Positions 1-7,582 are shown, numbered from the stretch's first letter. The stretch is DNA of 24,000 nucleotides from Brevibacterium aurantiacum (GCF_900169065.1 NZ_FXZB01000025.1:1-24000), one strand, 5' to 3'. The notes: generated by a model not told the origin, from the sequence alone. Made by a program: numbers and translations.

Positions 1-133
1 ATGCGCTTTACGGGACGTCATTCAGCGTCGAGGACGGGACTGGAATCCGGAAAGGGTGGGGCGGACGATCAGGGTGAAATCCAGATCCAACACGCTGGCC
101 CCATACACACATTCTTGCCGCTAACCCGGAACA

Positions 134-193
134 GTCCACCTCGGCGAGGGGACACGAAATCGGCCCCACCACCTCGGCGAGGCGATGGGGCCG
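134..193. repeat. Two adjacent GC-rich hairpins, each built on the exact 14-mer CCACCTCGGCGAGG (136-149 and 169-182)
   Basis: Read directly. Hairpin 1 is GTCC-(A)-CCTC / GAGG-GGAC (134-153). Hairpin 2 has an 8-bp outer stem CGGCCCCA / TGGGGCCG (161-168 / 186-193) enclosing the same CCTC-GGC-GAGG core. Both lie in at least 242 nt of non-coding sequence 3' of neuB. Confidence 0.8.
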
Positions 194-242
194 TAGTCGA
201 ACGATCAGACGATCGCGCGAAGGTTCAGACGATCAGGTCAGA

Positions 243-1130
243 TTAGACGCTGACCTTGCGGAGGGAATCGATCTTCGACTCTTCGCCCGGCATGACGCGC
301 TTCTCGCCGTCGCCGAAGGCGGTCTCGAGGACGCGGACTCCCTTGACGAGCGAGGTGAACTCGCGTGGTTCCATCGATGCGGACTGGTCCGAGCCCCACA
401 TCGAGGAGTCCAGCGTGATGTGGCGTTCGATGGTCGCGGCGCCCAGAGCTGCGGCGGCGAAGGAGATCTCGAGGCCCAGCTCGTGGCCGGAATAGCCCAC
501 GTTCACACCGTAGCGCTCGCGCATGGTGGTGATGGCCTTGAGGTTGACCTCTTCGGGAGGCAGCGGGTAGGTCGAGGTGGCGTGCATGAGGACCAGCTTG
601 TCGCGGTCGAAGACCTCGACGGCTGCATCCAGTGTGGCCCAGTCGGACATGCCCGAGGAGCACAGGACGGGCTTGCCGGTTGCGGCGATGGCACGGAGAA
701 GTTCGAAGTCCGTCAGCGAAGCCGAGGCGACCTTGTAGGTCAGGGCGTCGAACTCGTTTTCGAGGAAGTCCACGGAGTCAGTGTCCCAGGGGGAGGCGAA
801 CCACTGCAGACCGACTTCCTTGGCGTAGCGGTCGATCTCGGCATATTCTTCCTGGCCGAACTCGACGCGCCACTTGTAGTCGAGGTAAGTCATCTCGCCC
901 CACGGGGTCGAGCGCATCTTCGACTTCTGGTGTTCGGGCACAGCCACATCGGGGTTGCGCTTCTGGAACTTCACGGCCTGGGCACCGGCGGTGACGGCGA
1001 CATCCATGAGCTGCTTCGCGATTTCGACGTCGCCGTTGTGGTTGATGCCGATTTCGCCGATCATGTACACGGGCTGGTTCGGGCCGACGAGGTGGTTGCC
1101 GAAGGCCACTGGGGCGAGTTGATCAGTCAT
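243..1130 (-). CDS. neuB: NeuB-family nonulosonic acid synthase (N-acetylneuraminate / Kdn(-9-P) synthase-like), 295 aa, without the C-terminal SAF domain
   Basis: Internal ATG of ORF 243..1490 (MTDQLAPV...). It carries the NeuB signature IGEIGINHNGDVEIAKQLMDVAVTAGAQAVKFQKR and a TIM-barrel-length body. The start overlaps the upstream stop as ATGA (1127-1130). The protein ends (...EESKIDSLRKVSV) where a SAF domain normally begins. Confidence 0.85.
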   Translation of the reverse strand: MTDQLAPVAFGNHLVGPNQPVYMIGEIGINHNGDVEIAKQLMDVAVTAGAQAVKFQKRNPDVAVPEHQKSKMRSTPWGEMTYLDYKWRVEFGQEEYAEIDRYAKEVGLQWFASPWDTDSVDFLENEFDALTYKVASASLTDFELLRAIAATGKPVLCSSGMSDWATLDAAVEVFDRDKLVLMHATSTYPLPPEEVNLKAITTMRERYGVNVGYSGHELGLEISFAAAALGAATIERHITLDSSMWGSDQSASMEPREFTSLVKGVRVLETAFGDGEKRVMPGEESKIDSLRKVSV

Positions 1131-2506
1131 GAAACCTGCTTTCGATTGGTACGCAAACCTTCTGCGTGATTCGTGAGCAACGGCTGTTGCTGCTGGATGG
1201 ATGGTCGGTGAGCATTGGTGTGGTGTGAGTCGGAGCTGAGCACCGATGTCAATGTTCGAGCCGGCAGCTGCTCCGTTGCTGAGTTCGGCACTGGGATGAG
1301 GTCGCAGACTTCGCGGACCGCTCCCTTTCCGCCGGGCCGATCGAGGATCACTCGAGCCGCTGCGAGCACCTTGGGGTGGGCGTCCGCGACTGCGATGGGC
1401 CAGCCGACGACGTCGAAGGCTTCGAGGTCGTTGATGTCGTTTCCGACGTAGGCCACTCGGGTCGCGTCGAGGCCCTGTTCTTCGATCCACGACTGCAGGA
1501 CCTTTGATTTATTGTCGACGCCTTGAGTGACATCCACGTGAAGTTTCTCTGCCCTGCGAGTGACAACTGGGTTGCGTTCCTTCGACAGGATCATGACAGG
1601 CAGCCCTGACTTCACGAGGCGTGAGACTCCCATGCCATCGCCGCGGTGGACGCGAACCTGTTCGTTGCCGTCCTCGTCGACGTAGGCGCCGTCGTCGGTG
1701 TGGACTCCGTCGAAGTCGGTGACAAGGGCGTCGACGTCGATGACCTGCGCGGTCTCCTGTGTGGAGGCGATCGCGCGGACCAGCGACAGATCGGACATGT
1801 CGTCGATTTCGCGGGCGTGCTCGGGTGGGACCTCTTCGATCGTGACGCGACCGAAGAAGCGGTGCCCGTGCTCGATCAGACCATCAGTGCGCATGACGTA
1901 GAACGCGCCGGTCTCGTTGTAGTGCTTGGCCCGGTCCTGGCGGCGGGGTCGGAAGCTGGCTTCGTGCCCGACGGCGACTGCAGATTCGCCATCATCGAGG
2001 CGCCACAGGAATGAGTGGTCCTCGACGGCGGAGAACACGACGTCGGCGTCACCGTCACGGACCGCGGCAACTGCGTTGTCGATCGAGGCTGAGTCGATGA
2101 ACGGCGAGGTGCACTGCATGAACACGGTGGTGTCGAATTCCTCGCCGAGGTTGGCCAGCGTGTAGATCAGTGCCGATTCGCTGGTCGCGGTGTCGCTGGC
2201 GATGTCAGCGGGACGGTGGGACACCTCGGCGCCGGATCGAATTGCCTCTGCGGCAATGCCCTCATGATCGGTCGAGACGACCACACGGTCGATGCTCGGC
2301 GTCGACTTGGCAGCGTTGATCGCGCGCGCCAGAAGCGAGACACCGGCGACCTTCTGCAGGTTCTTCAGCGGGATTCCCTTGGAGCCGCCCCGGGCGGGAA
2401 TGATGGCCACGGCCCGATGCGGCCGTGCTGCGCTCTCATTGTCAGCGGGCGCTGTGGCCACGCCGTCGGTGGGCGCTGGGGGAGTCAGAGTCGATTGGTA
2501 GTTCAC
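1127..2506 (-). CDS. neuA: Fusion protein: N-acylneuraminate (CMP-sugar) cytidylyltransferase (NeuA-like) + KdsC-type C0 HAD phosphatase, with a ~50-aa low-complexity tail
   Basis: The N-terminal motif AIIPARGGSKGIPLKNL matches the CMP-NeuAc/CMP-Kdo synthetase family. The C-terminal half has VTDFDGVHTDDG (DxDG), SKERNP, GNDINDL and GGKGAVREVCDLI, as in KdsC / Kdn-9-P / Neu5Ac-9-P phosphatases. The start is GTG at 2506 and the N-terminus is uncertain, with internal GTGs possible. Confidence 0.85.
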   Translation of the reverse strand: MNYQSTLTPPAPTDGVATAPADNESAARPHRAVAIIPARGGSKGIPLKNLQKVAGVSLLARAINAAKSTPSIDRVVVSTDHEGIAAEAIRSGAEVSHRPADIASDTATSESALIYTLANLGEEFDTTVFMQCTSPFIDSASIDNAVAAVRDGDADVVFSAVEDHSFLWRLDDGESAVAVGHEASFRPRRQDRAKHYNETGAFYVMRTDGLIEHGHRFFGRVTIEEVPPEHAREIDDMSDLSLVRAIASTQETAQVIDVDALVTDFDGVHTDDGAYVDEDGNEQVRVHRGDGMGVSRLVKSGLPVMILSKERNPVVTRRAEKLHVDVTQGVDNKSKVLQSWIEEQGLDATRVAYVGNDINDLEAFDVVGWPIAVADAHPKVLAAARVILDRPGGKGAVREVCDLIPVPNSATEQLPARTLTSVLSSDSHHTNAHRPSIQQQQPLLTNHAEGLRTNRKQVS

Positions 2507-2636
2507 AATGATTCGACGCTAGCGACGGCATGTGGCCCTGAGGTGAACGAGCAATGTCGCCGAGGCGACACCTTCGTGGCGGGTGTGTGTCGAGGTGCCG
2601 GGGGCCGCGTCGGTTACCGGTTGTGGAGCTGAGCGG

Positions 2637-4649
2637 TCAGCGCCAGGTGACGTTCCACATGCGGTTGTTCCAGGCTTCGAACGGGATGACTTCGCCGGTG
2701 TAGATCGGCCAGAAGTAGGCGAAGGCCATGATCGCGGCCACGAGGATGAGCCCTACGGCCATCCGGCGTCCGAACAGTGGCCAGGGGATTCGAGTGCCGC
2801 TACCGGAGAACATGGGGCCACGCGGTTTGGGCGCGTGGTGGGTGGCATCGGCTGCCGGGTCTGCCGGGTCTGCCGGGTCTGTGGGGGCGGAAGAATCTGC
2901 TGGGTCGGTAGGGTCTGAATGGTCGCCGGGGCCGGTCGCGGAGGTGGCAGTCGCGGTGGGGGCAGACGCTGTGATGGGCACTCGGCCCCAGAGGAGGGTG
3001 AGGCAGTAGGTGAATGCGAGGACGACGAAGGGCACCATGACGATCGTGTAGAACGTGAAGATGGTGCGTTCCTGGTAGGCGAACCAAGGCAGCCAGGTGG
3101 CGGCGAGTCCGGCCAGGATGACGCCGGCGCGGACGTTGCGGCGGATGATCCAGGCAACCAGTGCGACGAGGATGGCGATGGGCGCCAGTCCCCAGATCAC
3201 CGGATTGCCGACCGAGGTGATCGCCGCAGAGCAGTGCTCAACGGCGCATCCCATGCTCCCCTGATCAGGAGATTCGTAGTAGAAGGAGGTCGGCCGCCAC
3301 TGGACGATCCACCCCCATGGGTTCGACATATAGGGGTGTTCCGAGTCCAAGCCGACATGGAACGAATATGCCGTGTAGTGATAGTGGGCCAGAGACGGCA
3401 GCCACAGCAGCCAGTCCGGTAGGGCACTCCACCAGCCGCCGTTCTCGAACGCCCACTGCCGGTCCCATGCATCGTCGGAGCGGATCCACCCGGCCCACGT
3501 GACGATGTAGGTCAGCAGCGCCACGGGCACGAGCTTGATGAAAGCAGGAATGCTGTCACGGATGAGCATGCCGAGCCAGGGGTGGACGATGCCGGCGCGG
3601 TGGCGCGAATGCACGTCCCAGGCGACGACGAGGATCCCGAATGCGGCGACGGCATAGAGCCCCGACCACTTCACTCCCATCGCCAGACCCAGGCTGATGC
3701 CTGCGGCGATGAGCCAGGGACGCACGCCGAGGCGGGGCCCGAAGTTGATCAGATCCTTGCCTCGCGAGGGGCGACGAACACGAGCTCTCGACGTCGCGAC
3801 CGCCTCGGTGGGGGTGCGACGTTCTGAGTCGGGAGTAAGCGCATAGGACCGAGATCGGTCTGGGGGTCTGATTGAGGCCGTGTATGTGGCCAGTCGTTTC
3901 GTGACGAACTCTCGGTCGAGAATGATGAAGGCGAAGGCCAGGAGCACGAAGGCCATGAGGACGATGTCGAGCAGGCTGGTGCGCGAATGCACGAAATGCT
4001 CACCGTCGATCGAGAGCAGACCGGCTGCGACGCAGGCGAAGAATGCGGAGCGGAAGAGCTTCCACGCGATGAAGCCCATGAGGAAGATCGTCAGGGTGCC
4101 GACGATGGCGACTGAGAACCGCCAGCCGAAGGAGTCGTCGGCGCCGAAGAGGTGAATGCCGGCACCGATGATCCATTTGCCCAACGGCGGGTGGACGACA
4201 TATTCGGGGGTCGACTCGATGACGCTCGGGTCTCCGGCGTTGAAGGAGTCATCGGCGTTCTCCGGCCAGGAGCGTTCGTAGCCGTACTTGAAGACGGAGT
4301 AGGCGTCCTTGACGTAATAGGTTTCGTCGAAGATCAGGCGATGGGGGAAGTCGAGATTGAAGAGTCTGAGGACACCGCCGATGGCCGTGATGATCAGCAG
4401 GGCCGGCCACATCCAGATCGGTGCCCGAGTCGCCCACATTCCGGCGGTGAAGGAGCGCCTGCGGATGGCGGCGGCATTGGCGCGGATCGATTCGCGCCGG
4501 TTTGCGCGTCGTTCTCGGGCGATGAGCTTGGTGGGAGCCGAGGTCGTTGTGGGCGAGGGGGCGCCGGTTTGGGAGTGTGTGGGGTCGGTCGACTCATCGA
4601 TGGGGTCGGTGGACCGCCTCGGCGCCTGGGGATTGTCGGGTTGAGTCAT
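2637..4649 (-). CDS. pmt: Polyprenyl-phosphate-mannose--protein O-mannosyltransferase (PMT/GT39 family)
   Basis: Polytopic membrane protein with the loop-1 motif RLIFDETYYVKDAYS typical of PMT enzymes. It occupies the position divergent from rsmI, as in mycobacteria and corynebacteria. I chose the start at ATG 4649 (MTQPDNP) rather than 4718, which would run into the divergent promoter region. Confidence 0.88.
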   Translation of the reverse strand: MTQPDNPQAPRRSTDPIDESTDPTHSQTGAPSPTTTSAPTKLIARERRANRRESIRANAAAIRRRSFTAGMWATRAPIWMWPALLIITAIGGVLRLFNLDFPHRLIFDETYYVKDAYSVFKYGYERSWPENADDSFNAGDPSVIESTPEYVVHPPLGKWIIGAGIHLFGADDSFGWRFSVAIVGTLTIFLMGFIAWKLFRSAFFACVAAGLLSIDGEHFVHSRTSLLDIVLMAFVLLAFAFIILDREFVTKRLATYTASIRPPDRSRSYALTPDSERRTPTEAVATSRARVRRPSRGKDLINFGPRLGVRPWLIAAGISLGLAMGVKWSGLYAVAAFGILVVAWDVHSRHRAGIVHPWLGMLIRDSIPAFIKLVPVALLTYIVTWAGWIRSDDAWDRQWAFENGGWWSALPDWLLWLPSLAHYHYTAYSFHVGLDSEHPYMSNPWGWIVQWRPTSFYYESPDQGSMGCAVEHCSAAITSVGNPVIWGLAPIAILVALVAWIIRRNVRAGVILAGLAATWLPWFAYQERTIFTFYTIVMVPFVVLAFTYCLTLLWGRVPITASAPTATATSATGPGDHSDPTDPADSSAPTDPADPADPAADATHHAPKPRGPMFSGSGTRIPWPLFGRRMAVGLILVAAIMAFAYFWPIYTGEVIPFEAWNNRMWNVTWR
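2852..2878. repeat. Perfect 9-bp x3 tandem repeat CTGCCGGGT inside pmt
   Basis: Read directly. It encodes (on the minus strand) the DPADPADPA part of a P/T/D/A-rich insert located before the last TM helix. Confidence 0.9.
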
Positions 4650-4779
4650 TATCGTCAAGTTTAAGGTCCGAGGAGACGCTTGTTCCCATCTGGTCCTCAG
4701 AGTGAGTCGTCGGAGCATTGTCCTTCAGGCTGTCAGGACGACTAAGGTAGTCCTCAACAGGCGGCAAACGAATGAAACG

Positions 4780-5400
4780 GTGAAGAGCGTGTCCTACAAC
4801 CCGAACTATCGCCCGAGCGATCCACCACAGGTCGGATCCCAACAGTTCAACAACGCCTACGGAGCGTCGCAGCCGCAGCCCGGGTACGGTTCAGGCCAGT
4901 ACCAGGACCAGGGGCAGTATTCGAACCCGAACCAGTATTCGAACCCGAATCCGTATCAGCAGACCCAGTCCGGCCCCGCGGTCTACAGCCAGCCGGACGC
5001 CTACGGGTACAGCCAGCCGGGCGCGTACAGCCAGCCGATGACCTACGGGGCGCCGATGATGATGGTGCGCCCGAAGGTGAACACCCTGTCGGGCTGGGCG
5101 ATGTGGATGGGCATCATTGGACTCGGCGGCGGCTTGGTCTGCAGCATCCTCTCAATGGTCCCCGTCATCGGCATACTGTTCTCGATCGTGGCGATGTTCC
5201 TGTGGATCGCCCCGATCCTCGCCGTCATCTTTGGCCACGTGTCCCGTGGCCAGATCAAGAGGACCGGCGAAGATGGCCGCGGTCAGGCCACCGCCGGGCT
5301 GGTCATGGGCTACATCGGCATCGGCTTCGCTCTGCTGATGATCGTCATCTTCGTCGGCGTTCTGGGCCTCGGGGTCCTCGCTGCGGGGCTGAGCTACTGA
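4780..5400 (+). CDS. DUF4190-type membrane protein, paralog 1, with Q/N/Y/P/G-rich N-terminal region
   Basis: The C-terminus has two TM segments flanking FGHVSRGQIKRTGEDGRGQATAGLVMGYIG (DUF4190-like GH..R.QI...GE.G...A..G). The start is uncertain: GTG 4780 or GTG 4789. The ORF-track start at 4702 is unlikely. Confidence 0.72.
   Translation: MKSVSYNPNYRPSDPPQVGSQQFNNAYGASQPQPGYGSGQYQDQGQYSNPNQYSNPNPYQQTQSGPAVYSQPDAYGYSQPGAYSQPMTYGAPMMMVRPKVNTLSGWAMWMGIIGLGGGLVCSILSMVPVIGILFSIVAMFLWIAPILAVIFGHVSRGQIKRTGEDGRGQATAGLVMGYIGIGFALLMIVIFVGVLGLGVLAAGLSY
4915..4950 (+). repeat. 18-bp x2 tandem repeat (CAGTATTCGAACCCGAAC/T) encoding QYSNPN-QYSNPN
   Basis: Read directly; 17/18 identical. Confidence 0.9.
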
Positions 5401-5530
5401 GGGAACGTCAGGATCGTCTCCTGACACCGTTGGTGCAGGATTGCAACAGGTTTGGCCCGTTCGTAGCCGGGCGGCTCGATAGCGTTGTAGTCAGACGCAA
5501 GGGGAACATCTCTCCAGCAGGGATCATCCC

Positions 5531-6013
5531 GTGAGCAGCCACGACAACAGGAGCGAACCAGATATGTACACTCGGCAACTGCCCGCCCGCAGCAACAACG
5601 CAGCTTCGGGTCACTCGGCTTACGGGACCCACCCAGGCTATTCCGCCTATCCAAATTCGGCTGCCTACGGATCCAATGTCGGGTTCGGGCCCAACCCCGG
5701 ATTTGCTGGCCCAGTGACGTACATCTACCAGCCGATCGCGCCGACCAACACCGTGGCGATCGTCGCCATGGTGCTTTCGCTCGCAGGGGCCATGACATCA
5801 TTTGTCCCTGCAGGCATCGCCGGGATCGTCATGGGCCACATCGCCCGCAAGCAGATACGCAAGCGCGGTGAACGCGGAGACGCGCTGGCACTGACGGCGC
5901 TCTGGGCAGGTTACCTTGGTGCTGGATTCTGGCTGATCTTCTGGGGCCTCTACATCGGGGTTATGGTGCTCGCAATCATGATGGGCGTTGCTGCCGAAGA
6001 AGCGACCTACTGA
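5531..6013 (+). CDS. DUF4190-type membrane protein, paralog 2
   Basis: GIAGIVMGHIARKQIRKRGERGDALALTALWAGYLG aligns almost residue-for-residue with paralog 3. Start is GTG 5531, with an alternative ATG at 5564 preceded by AGGAG. Confidence 0.8.
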   Translation: MSSHDNRSEPDMYTRQLPARSNNAASGHSAYGTHPGYSAYPNSAAYGSNVGFGPNPGFAGPVTYIYQPIAPTNTVAIVAMVLSLAGAMTSFVPAGIAGIVMGHIARKQIRKRGERGDALALTALWAGYLGAGFWLIFWGLYIGVMVLAIMMGVAAEEATY

Positions 6014-6101
6014 CTGAAATGAGACTCATCTGTAACAACCTCACCTTTTGTCGCAGAGGTCGACTCGGTACCGTTGTAGGCATACGCAAGGAGATCGCGC
6101 C

Positions 6102-6587
6102 ATGAGCAGTCAGAATAACTGGAACAATCCAGACATGTATTACCAGCAGCCGCAGTCGGGCCCCGCAACGGGCAGCGGCTACAACAACGCGAATGCCAAC
6201 TACGCGAATGCCAACAACGGCGCTGCGAGCTATAACCCCAACGCCGCATATGGTGCCAACACCCAATACGCCGCTGGAGGACCCGGAGCGGCGTATGGCT
6301 ACCAGCCGCTTCCGCCCACGAACACGATGGCGATCATTGCCCTCGTCGCCTCGATCTTCGGAGTGATGAGCAGCTTCTTCCTCGCAGGCATCGCCGGAAT
6401 CATCATGGGCCATATTGCCCGTAAGCAGATTCGACAGTCCGGAGAGCGTGGAGACGGAATGGCCGTCGCCTCCTTGTGGGTCGGCTATATCGGCACCGCA
6501 CTGTGGCTGCTGTTCTGGGTCGGCTACGTCGGAATCATGGTTCTTGTCTTCGGAGTCGCCATGGTCGGTGCGGGGTCAGCCGGTTGA
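6102..6587 (+). CDS. DUF4190-type membrane protein, paralog 3
   Basis: ATG 6102 is preceded by AAGGAG (6088-6093). GIAGIIMGHIARKQIRQSGERGDGMAVASLWVGYIG. The stop overlaps the rsmI start (TGATG, 6585-6589). Confidence 0.85.
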   Translation: MSSQNNWNNPDMYYQQPQSGPATGSGYNNANANYANANNGAASYNPNAAYGANTQYAAGGPGAAYGYQPLPPTNTMAIIALVASIFGVMSSFFLAGIAGIIMGHIARKQIRQSGERGDGMAVASLWVGYIGTALWLLFWVGYVGIMVLVFGVAMVGAGSAG

Positions 6588-7507
6588 TGTCCGGGAGCCC
6601 GGACACCGATGGCAACGATGACTTCCTCGTCGATGATGATGCCTCTGAGCCAGCGAGTGTCGATCCTGCCTCGGCCTCAGCGGGCGGCAGACTCGTGCTG
6701 GTCGGGACTCCGATCGGCAACCTCGGCGATGCGAGTGAGCGTATGCAGCGTGCCATCGAAACAGCCGATGTCATCGCAGCCGAGGACACCCGCCGTTTCC
6801 TGTCGCTGACGCAGCGTTTGGAACTCACGCACACCAAACGTGTCATCAGCGTCTTCGATCACAACGAACAGTCTCGGGCGCCCGAGCTCGTCGAGCTCAT
6901 TCGCTCCGGGCAGACGGTTGTCCTGCTCAGCGATGCGGGAATGCCCGCCGTCTCGGACCCCGGGTACCGCGTCGTCAAGGCATGCGCGGAGGCCGGACTG
7001 CCGATCACCTCCACGCCGGGACCCTCTGCCGTGCTCATGGCGCTCGCCGTCTCCGGACTGCCCAGCGACAGGTTCAGCTTCGAAGGCTTCCTGCCGCGCA
7101 AATCCGGGGCACGCAAGAACCTCCTCGAAGAACTGCGCAGTGAGAAGCGGACCATGGTGTTCTTCGAAAGCCCCCACCGCATCGCCGACACGATGGATGA
7201 CTTCCTTACGGTCATCGGTCCAGACCGGCCCATGAGCATCAGCCGCGAACTGACGAAGACCTACGAGGAGACCATGCGGGGGACCGTGTCCTCGCTGCGT
7301 GACCTTGCGGCAGACGGACTGCGTGGGGAGCTGGCTCTTGTCCTCGCAGGAGCCACCGCGGTCGAGACGGCCCCGGAAGATCACCTCGACACCGTCGGCG
7401 AACTCGTGGAATCCGGAGTTCGCGCGAAAGATGCTGCAGGGCAGGTCGCGAAGCAGTTCGGACTGTCCAAACGTGAGGTCTACGAGGCCTGGCTGCACCG
7501 GGAATGA
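6587..7507 (+). CDS. rsmI: 16S rRNA (cytidine1402-2'-O)-methyltransferase RsmI
   Basis: Motifs GTPIGNLGD, AEDTRR, SDAGMPAVSDPG, GPSAV and FEGFLPRK. Start is the internal ATG of ORF 6476..7507. Confidence 0.9.
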   Translation: MSGSPDTDGNDDFLVDDDASEPASVDPASASAGGRLVLVGTPIGNLGDASERMQRAIETADVIAAEDTRRFLSLTQRLELTHTKRVISVFDHNEQSRAPELVELIRSGQTVVLLSDAGMPAVSDPGYRVVKACAEAGLPITSTPGPSAVLMALAVSGLPSDRFSFEGFLPRKSGARKNLLEELRSEKRTMVFFESPHRIADTMDDFLTVIGPDRPMSISRELTKTYEETMRGTVSSLRDLAADGLRGELALVLAGATAVETAPEDHLDTVGELVESGVRAKDAAGQVAKQFGLSKREVYEAWLHRE

Positions 7508-7582
7508 GACCCGAGGGCCCCTCCGAGTTGCGGAATTGCGCGTATGAGGGTGTGGATAGACCTGAGCACCGCACCCACCCGT

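Noticed and set aside
1-246. 81-aa + strand ORF at the window start
   Set aside because: It is Arg/Gly/Pro-rich. The internal PPRRGD duplication is simply the 14-mer DNA repeat read in frame. The region is better explained as structured non-coding DNA.
2852-2878. Short regularly spaced repeats considered as a possible CRISPR-like array
   Set aside because: The units are 9 bp, contiguous, without spacers and in-frame within pmt. This is simple tandem-repeat slippage.
4915-4950. tRNA-like T-loop sequence GGTTCGAAT (minus strand, twice)
   Set aside because: The flanking bases do not form a T-stem, and no acceptor or anticodon arms can be drawn. It is the reverse complement of the QYSNPN-coding tandem repeat inside a CDS.
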